A stretch of 64,000 nucleotides of DNA from a bacterium (GTDB taxonomy: Bacteria > Eisenbacteria > RBG-16-71-46). The DNA lies in NCBI GenBank assembly GCA_043779265.1, contig JAYWEM010000084.1, forward strand, positions 3,768 to 67,767. Reading direction: 5' to 3'. The notes beneath the pieces are model-generated. The model did not search any database. It was not told where the DNA came from and worked only from the letters and a program-made list of their open reading frames with translations. Made by a program: the position numbers and the translations under genes. How positions within the stretch are numbered: position 1 is the stretch's first letter; each line of letters opens with the position of its first letter. Shown piece by piece: positions 58,337-64,000 of the stretch.

Positions 58337-59057
58337 CATGTTCACGAAATCCACCTCGCGCATCGCTCCGGCCGAACTCCCACCGGGTGTGCCGCTCGTC
58401 CGGCTGGAGCAGATCGAGAAGTCCCACGATCACGGTGGGGGCCGCTTCCACGTGCTGCGGCGCATCGATCTGTCGATCGAACCGGGTGAGTTCGTCTCGG
58501 TGATGGGCCCCTCGGGTGCGGGCAAGAGCACCCTGCTTCACCTGCTCGGGCTGCAGGACTCCGAGTGGGAGGGGCGCTATCACCTGGCTGGCGTCGCCGT
58601 GCATGAGTTGGGTGAGCGCGAGCGCGGCAGGCTGCGCAACGAGACGGTCGGGTTCGTGTTCCAGAGCTACCATCTGCTCGATGACCTGACGGTCGCCGAG
58701 AACCTCGAGGTCCCGCTCGGCTACCGCGACATGCCGCGTTCCGAACGCGAGGCGAGAGTGGCCGAGACCCTCGACCGCTTCGGATTGGCCGCTCGGGCGG
58801 ATCTTCACCCGCGCCAGCTCTCGGGCGGGCAGCAGCAACTGGTGGGCGTGGCGCGCGCCGTGATCGGGCAGCCGCGGCTCCTGCTGGCGGACGAGCCCAC
58901 GGGCAATCTCCATTCCGAGCAGGCGCGTGAGGTCATGCAGCTGTTCCAGCGCTTGAACGCCCAGGGCATGACGATCGTGCAGGTGACCCACTCCGAGGAC
59001 AACGCCGCCTTCGGCAAGCGCACGATCCGGTTGCGCGATGGCTGGCTCGAGGACTGA
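58337..59057 (+). CDS. ABC transporter ATP-binding protein (MacB-type ATPase)
   Basis: Walker A GPSGAGKST, signature LSGGQQQLVGVARAV and Walker B LLLADEPTGNLH. GGAG RBS. Confidence 0.85.
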
Positions 59058-59152
59058 CGCAGCCCTGACACCGGGGCCCCTCGGTCGAATGCTAGAATCG
59101 GGGCCGCCCGTGCGGACCCGCCGGGCGAATTCAGCTTCCGGGGAGACTGTCG

Positions 59153-59635
59153 ATGCCGCGCTGGGTGCCGATCCTCACGCTAGCACTGGTCTCGTTCGCG
59201 GCCGCTCCGGCGCCGGCTCAGACGCTGGCCGACGAGGCGTTCCCGCCCCCCGCGTCCTCGCGTTTCACTTGAGAGCCGATCCGGGTCCCGTCGGGACCCA
59301 TCGTCGACTCCGAGTTCGCGCTCTTCCATCTGAAGCGGGCGCTGTGGGATCCGGTCGATCCGAATCGGCTGGGGGCGCTGATCGCGGATCTACAATTCCG
59401 CGTCAATGGCGAGGTCTATCGCTTCGCCGAGGAGCGCACGCTGCGCCGGTTCATGATGCATCCGGAGCTGTGGTGTGGGGAACTCCGCGACCCGGTCTCG
59501 GGGGTGCGCTTCCGCCCATCCTCGAACTCGCCTCAGGCCTACTGGGTGGGCGGGCCGTATTTCTTCGAGAGCGAAGACACCAAAACCGCCTTCGTCGACG
59601 ACCCGCACAAGTTCCAGGTCGTCCGCGCGCTCTAG
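59153..59635 (+). CDS. small secreted protein with two cysteine-less YHS-like repeats, interrupted by an in-frame TGA (possible pseudogene, recoding site or sequence error)
   Basis: Signal peptide ORF (MPRWVPILTLALVSFAAAPAPAQT..., GGGAG RBS) ends at TGA 59270-59272. The same frame continues with no further stop through a YHS-like domain (LRDPVSGVRFRP...YWVGGPYFFESEDTKTAFVDDPHKF). The first internal ATG is at 59450. Confidence 0.4.
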
Positions 59636-59692
59636 GCCGCGGGCGAGCGTCGGGACTCTTGCCGCCGTGCGCCGCATGCTAGGCTCGCCGCG

Positions 59693-60514
59693 ATGACCGA
59701 CGCGCGTACGACCTACGTCCACGGCACGCATCCCGAGGAGCAACAGCGCCTCGCCGATCTCAATGCGCTGATCAACGCGCACTCGCTGGCCGCGCTCGAG
59801 CCGCGGCTGGGCGAGCGGATGGTCGACTTCGGCAGCGGGCTCGGGCAGTTCTCGCTCGCGGTCGCGCGCGCGACGGGCGCTCCCGTGATCGGCATCGAGC
59901 GCAGCGACGAGCAACGCGCCAGGGCCGTGGACCTCGCCCGCGAACTCGGGGAGAGCGCCAACGTCGAATTCCGGTGCGGTGATGCGGCGGTGCCACCGCT
60001 GACCTCGGCCGAGCAGGGCAGCTTCGACGTCGCGCACGCACGTTTCCTGCTGGAGCACGTGCAGGACCCACTCGCTGTCGTGCGCGCCATGGCGGCAGCG
60101 GTTCGCAGTGGTGGGCGAGTCGTGATCGAGGACGATGACCACGAGGTCTTCCGTCCATGGCCCGAGCCGCCCGGCGTGATGCTCGTGTGGCGCGCCTACA
60201 TGCGCACCTACGACCGCCTCGGCATGGACCCGCACGTCGGACGCCGGTTGGTGCAGTTGCTGGCGCAGGCGGGCCTGCGCCCATCGCGCTCGCGTCTGCT
60301 GCCATTCGGCGCGTGTTCGGGCGAACCCTCGTTCGTGCCGCTCGTGCGCAACCTCGCGAGCATCTTCACGGGCGCGCGAAACGCGATTCTCGCGACCGGC
60401 GGCGCGACCGAAGCCGAGTTCGAACTGGCGCTGCGTTCGCTCGCCGAGTTCGAGACGCGAGGTGACGGTGTGTTCTGGTACACGATCAGCTGGGCCGAGG
60501 GCCGCAAGCCGTGA
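59693..60514 (+). CDS. class I SAM-dependent methyltransferase
   Basis: Motif I VDFGSGLGQ plus post-I acidic and motif II/III regions (GSFDVAHARFLLEHV ... GGRVVIED). Confidence 0.75.
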   Translation: MTDARTTYVHGTHPEEQQRLADLNALINAHSLAALEPRLGERMVDFGSGLGQFSLAVARATGAPVIGIERSDEQRARAVDLARELGESANVEFRCGDAAVPPLTSAEQGSFDVAHARFLLEHVQDPLAVVRAMAAAVRSGGRVVIEDDDHEVFRPWPEPPGVMLVWRAYMRTYDRLGMDPHVGRRLVQLLAQAGLRPSRSRLLPFGACSGEPSFVPLVRNLASIFTGARNAILATGGATEAEFELALRSLAEFETRGDGVFWYTISWAEGRKP

Positions 60515-61872
60515 GCGAGACCGCGCCCCGGATCCTCGTCGCCGACGACGACACCGACGTCCTGACCGCGCTCCAGTTGCTGCTCAAGAGCGAGGGAATC
60601 GTCAGCGAGACGGCGACGTCGCCCGCTCTGGCGATGCAGGCGCTCGAAGCGCGCGAGTTCGACGCGGCACTACTCGACCTGAACTATGCGCGCGACACGA
60701 CGTCGGGCCGTGAAGGACTCGACCTGATCGACCGCATCCGCGCGCTCGACCCGACGCTGCCGGTGGTGGTGATGACCGCGTGGGGCAGTGTCGAGGGGGC
60801 GGTGACGGCGGTGCGCAAGGGTGCGCGCGACTACGTGCAGAAGCCCTGGGACAACGCCCGATTGCTGCAGACGCTGCGCACTCAGGTCGAACTGGGCCGC
60901 GCGCTGCGGGTGGGCCAGCGGCTGGAGCACGAGAATCGCCTGTTGCGTCGCGCGGGCGTCCCCGAGATGGTGGCGAACGCTCCCTCGATGCAGCCCGTGC
61001 TCGAGCTGATGCATCGCATCGGACCCAGCGAGGCGAACGTTCTCGTCACGGGTGAGCATGGCACGGGCAAGGAACTGGTCGCCCGTTGGCTCCATTCCGC
61101 CTCGGCTCGTTCGGGCCGCGCGCTCATCACGGTGAACGTCGGCGGGCTCGCCGAGACCGTGTTCGAGAGTGAGATGTTCGGTCACGTGAAGGGGGCCTTC
61201 ACCGGCGCCCAGGGCGATCGTGCCGGACGATTCGAACTGGCCGACGGGGGCACGCTGTTCCTCGATGAGATCGCCAATGTCCCGCTCGCCCAACAGGCCA
61301 AGCTGCTGCGGGTGATCCAGACCGGGGAGTTCGAGCGCGTGGGTAGTTCGCGTTCGAGGCGTGTCGACGTGAGGTTGGTGTGCGCGACCAATGCCGACCT
61401 CGCCGCCGAGGTCGCGGCCGGACGGTTCCGCGAGGATCTGCTGTTCCGCATCAACACGGTCGAGATCGCGCTTCCCTCCCTGCGCGAGCGGCGCGAGGAC
61501 ATCGCCTCGCTCGCGGCGCTCTTCCTCAAACGCTACGCCCAGCGCTATCGGCGGCCACTCGAGCGATTCGAGGACGATGCGATCGGCTTGTTGCTCTCGC
61601 ACCCTTGGCCCGGGAACGTGCGCGAGTTGGATCATGCCATCGAACGCGCGGTGCTCATGGCGCGCGAGCCGATCGTCCGCGCCAACGACCTCGGGCTGAG
61701 ACGTGCGGATGGCCCGGCGCCGACGCTCGAGGACCTGACCCTCGATGAGGTCGAGCGCGTGCTCATCACCAAGGCCCTGCAGCGGCACGACGGCAACGTG
61801 AGTGAGGCGGCCAAGGCGCTGGGCCTCTCGCGCAGCGCCCTCTACCGGCGTCTCGAGCGCCACGGTCTCTGA
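60511..61872 (+). CDS. sigma-54-dependent response regulator (NtrC family)
   Basis: Receiver domain (ILVADDD...D...), AAA+ sigma-54 activator domain ([18 protein letters not shown]-like, ESELFGH) and a C-terminal Fis-type HTH ([21 protein letters not shown]). The GTG start overlaps the upstream stop. Confidence 0.9.
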   Translation: MSETAPRILVADDDTDVLTALQLLLKSEGIVSETATSPALAMQALEAREFDAALLDLNYARDTTSGREGLDLIDRIRALDPTLPVVVMTAWGSVEGAVTAVRKGARDYVQKPWDNARLLQTLRTQVELGRALRVGQRLEHENRLLRRAGVPEMVANAPSMQPVLELMHRIGPSEANVLVTGEHGTGKELVARWLHSASARSGRALITVNVGGLAETVFESEMFGHVKGAFTGAQGDRAGRFELADGGTLFLDEIANVPLAQQAKLLRVIQTGEFERVGSSRSRRVDVRLVCATNADLAAEVAAGRFREDLLFRINTVEIALPSLRERREDIASLAALFLKRYAQRYRRPLERFEDDAIGLLLSHPWPGNVRELDHAIERAVLMAREPIVRANDLGLRRADGPAPTLEDLTLDEVERVLITKALQRHDGNVSEAAKALGLSRSALYRRLERHGL

Positions 61873-61879
61873 GCGAATC

Positions 61880-63235
61880 GTGGCCGGCCCGCACGCCTCG
61901 CGCCCCGCGACTCCCCGTCGCCGACTCGCACCCGAGACGCGCATGTTGTGGCTCGCGCTGCTGGGCGGGGCCCCGGCTGTCGCCATGGCCGTCTGGGCTT
62001 TGTGGCGTCCGCCGTTCGATCCGCTGCTGAGGTGGACGCTGCTGCTGGTCATCCTCGGATTCTGGTGGGGGTTCGCGCTCTCGGTTCGCGAGCGATTCAT
62101 GCGGCCGATGCAGACGCTCTCGAACCTGCTGGCGGCGATGCGAGAGGGTGACACTTCGATCCGCGCCCGAGGCGCCGACACCGAGAGTGCGCTGGGGCTC
62201 GCGATGTGGGAGGTCAACGCGCTCACCGACACCGTGGGTCGCCAGCGATTGGACGCGGTGGAGGCGACGGCGCTCCTCGCACGCGTCATGGACTCGATCG
62301 ATGTCGCGGTGTTCGCATTCGATCCTGCGCACAAGCTGCGATTGATGAATCGCGAGGCCGAGGTCCTGCTCGGCATGCCGGCCGAGCGCGCCCTCGGCCG
62401 CGACGCCGCATCGCTCGGACTCGGAGATGCGCTGGGCGGCGAGACCCCACGGCTCGCCGAGCTGACGCTGCCCGGCCGCACCGGGCGCTGGGAGCTGCGC
62501 CGCGGTCGCTATCGCCACGATGGTCGTCCGCACGATCTGATCGTGCTCTCGGATCTCTCACGAGCGCTGCGAGAGGAGGAGCGGCAGGCGTGGCAGCGTC
62601 TGATCCGCGTGCTCTCGCACGAGATCAACAACTCGTTGGCACCGATCCAGAGTCTGGCGGGCAGCCTGCAGACGCTGATCGAGCGCGGCCCTCGCACTCC
62701 GGAGGAGTCCGTGAGCGTGATGAACGGACTCTCGGTGATCGAGTCGCGGGCCCAGGCGCTCGGACGCTTCATGCATGCCTACGCCCGGCTCGCCCGGCTG
62801 CCGGCCCCGCGGCGCACCGCCGTGCCGGTGGAGGCGTGGGTCAGGCGCGTGGCGGCGCTCGAGACGCGCATGCCGGTGCAGGTGGCCGGGGGGCCCGACG
62901 CCACGCTGCAGGCCGATGCCGATCAACTCGAGCAGATGCTGATCAATCTCGTGCAGAACGCAGCCGACGCCGCGCTCGAGACGCGGGGGGACGTGGCGAT
63001 CCACTGGTCGCTTGGCAACGGCGTGCTCGAGTTGCGCATCGAGGACGATGGTCCGGGTCTCTCGGACACCGCCAACCTCTTCGTTCCGTTCTTCACCACC
63101 AAGGAGGACGGCACCGGCATCGGATTGGCGCTGAGCCGGCAGATCGCCGAGGCGCACGGCGGCTCGCTGTCGCTCGAGAACCGTGGCCTCGTCCGCGGCT
63201 GTGTGGCGAAGGTGCGGCTGCCGGTTTCAGCCTAG
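61880..63235 (+). CDS. sensor histidine kinase (NtrB-like, membrane-anchored, PAS-containing)
   Basis: Two N-terminal transmembrane helices, a PAS-like region, HisKA H-box LSHEINNSLAPI and HATPase_c G-boxes (DDGPGL, GTGIGLALSRQIAEAHGG). Start is GTG at 61880 or ATG at 61933. Confidence 0.8.
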   Translation: MAGPHASRPATPRRRLAPETRMLWLALLGGAPAVAMAVWALWRPPFDPLLRWTLLLVILGFWWGFALSVRERFMRPMQTLSNLLAAMREGDTSIRARGADTESALGLAMWEVNALTDTVGRQRLDAVEATALLARVMDSIDVAVFAFDPAHKLRLMNREAEVLLGMPAERALGRDAASLGLGDALGGETPRLAELTLPGRTGRWELRRGRYRHDGRPHDLIVLSDLSRALREEERQAWQRLIRVLSHEINNSLAPIQSLAGSLQTLIERGPRTPEESVSVMNGLSVIESRAQALGRFMHAYARLARLPAPRRTAVPVEAWVRRVAALETRMPVQVAGGPDATLQADADQLEQMLINLVQNAADAALETRGDVAIHWSLGNGVLELRIEDDGPGLSDTANLFVPFFTTKEDGTGIGLALSRQIAEAHGGSLSLENRGLVRGCVAKVRLPVSA

Positions 63236-64000
63236 CGCTTGGCCGCCGCGATCTCCGCGCGCAGGTCGTGCGGCAGCTTGGGCGCGCCGAGCAGTTCGCG
63301 ATAGAGCGCCCAGCGCTTCTGCGGTTGGTCGGCCGTGCCGCCTCGGGCCTCGAGCCACTCCATCACGAGCTTCTTGCCGAGTCCGTAGTTCACGACGTAG
63401 CTCCGGTAGTTCTCGGCGAAGCGCACCGTCCGATCGGCCTGCTCGGGCGGGCGGAGCCCATAGCGCACGACGGCGGCGAGCGCCTCGTCTCGCGTGCGGC
63501 GGCCATCGAGGTACTCGCGCGCATTGTCGATGGTCCAGCCGCTGAGCGAGTCCCTCGCGGCGCTCAACTCGCGATTCCGTGCGTGGAGCGACGTATCGAG
63601 GCCGGCCAGTGGGTAGAGCACGCGCTTCTCGAAGGCGGCGCGTTCGCCACCCGGGAACGCCACTTCAAGGGCGGCGACGGCGGTGCCCTCGGCGATCGGG
63701 CCGAGCGGTGAGCGCAGCGGGTAGACGGTGAACTCGACCCAGCCGCGCTTGCGCACGAGTTCGGTCTCGAACTGCACCCCATACACGTGGTGACCGGGAT
63801 AGCCCTCGTGACAGGCGAGGTCGAGGAAGCGGTCCACATGGAGCGGGAACGTGGTGTTGACCTGGATGAGGCTGCGATGGCCGCCCTGGTACCAGTTGTA
63901 GGCGCCCCACGGCACGTGCTTCACGTACTCGACGGTGAACGATTCGTCCGCGGGCAGCTCCATGTGCTCGCGCGTGCGGCGTCGGCACTCGGCGAGGGCC
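63232..64000 (-). CDS. DUF885-family protein (partial; the N-terminus lies beyond the window end)
   Basis: HEGYPGHH motif and the surrounding DUF885 conservation. The ORF is open at the right window edge. Confidence 0.65.
   Translation of the reverse strand, partial: ALAECRRRTREHMELPADESFTVEYVKHVPWGAYNWYQGGHRSLIQVNTTFPLHVDRFLDLACHEGYPGHHVYGVQFETELVRKRGWVEFTVYPLRSPLGPIAEGTAVAALEVAFPGGERAAFEKRVLYPLAGLDTSLHARNRELSAARDSLSGWTIDNAREYLDGRRTRDEALAAVVRYGLRPPEQADRTVRFAENYRSYVVNYGLGKKLVMEWLEARGGTADQPQKRWALYRELLGAPKLPHDLRAEIAAAKR

Noticed and set aside
53472-58363. Long minus-strand ORFs (53472-54119, 54129-55943, 56453-58363) across the ADOP genes
   Set aside because: Antisense shadows. Their translations are His/Arg/Asp-rich with no transmembrane helices, whereas the plus strand encodes canonical FtsX modules.
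59038-59682. 214-aa plus-strand ORF overlapping the end of the ABC ATPase gene and the YHS-like gene
   Set aside because: Different frame from the supported genes, with Arg/Gly-rich nonsense translation.
60670-62481. 603-aa minus-strand ORF across the NtrC/NtrB-like genes
   Set aside because: Antisense of genes with unambiguous AAA+/sigma-54 and HisKA/HATPase motifs.

Overview
This is a 64-kb, high-GC (about 70%) bacterial chromosomal segment with dense gene packing. Many gene junctions overlap by 4 bp (ATGA) or 1 bp (TGATG), and several genes appear to use GTG or TTG starts. The gene content points to a Gemmatimonadota- or Acidobacteriota-like organism: ADOP-type duplicated permeases, a secreted protein with a T9SS/FlgD-Ig-like C-terminal domain, and several ECF sigma modules. 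I cannot confirm taxonomy without a database search.

Housekeeping genes present: C-terminal part of methionine synthase (metH), pyruvate dehydrogenase E1 (aceE), clpB, arfB, hisS, aspS and tRNA-Lys(CTT).

Accessory and signalling content:
- a minus-strand operon of an ECF sigma factor, a membrane Ser/Thr kinase and a secreted TPR-CHAT (caspase-like) protein;
- a second ECF sigma / zinc-finger anti-sigma / DUF4097 cluster with a 3x12-bp tandem repeat in its promoter region;
- a MacAB-like efflux locus containing three tandem ADOP permease paralogues bracketed by two ABC ATPases;
- a GGDEF-GAF diguanylate cyclase, a PtsN (EIIA-Ntr) homologue, an NtrC/NtrB-like two-component pair, a subclass B1 metallo-beta-lactamase-like gene and an NYN-Zn-ribbon-cold-shock-domain fusion.

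Structural oddities:
- a 2.2-kb gene for a secreted protein sits between a degenerate and an intact copy of the promoter and 5' end of the S9 peptidase gene, and is itself split by a +1 frameshift inside a G8 homopolymer;
- a small secreted YHS-like gene has an in-frame TGA followed immediately by a GC-rich hairpin;
- a trio of membrane proteins, the last carrying a NuoN/Mrp-antiporter signature motif, follows ptsN.

No rRNA, CRISPR array or recognisable transposase or integrase was found. The many long ORFs lying antisense to these genes are treated as high-GC artefacts.
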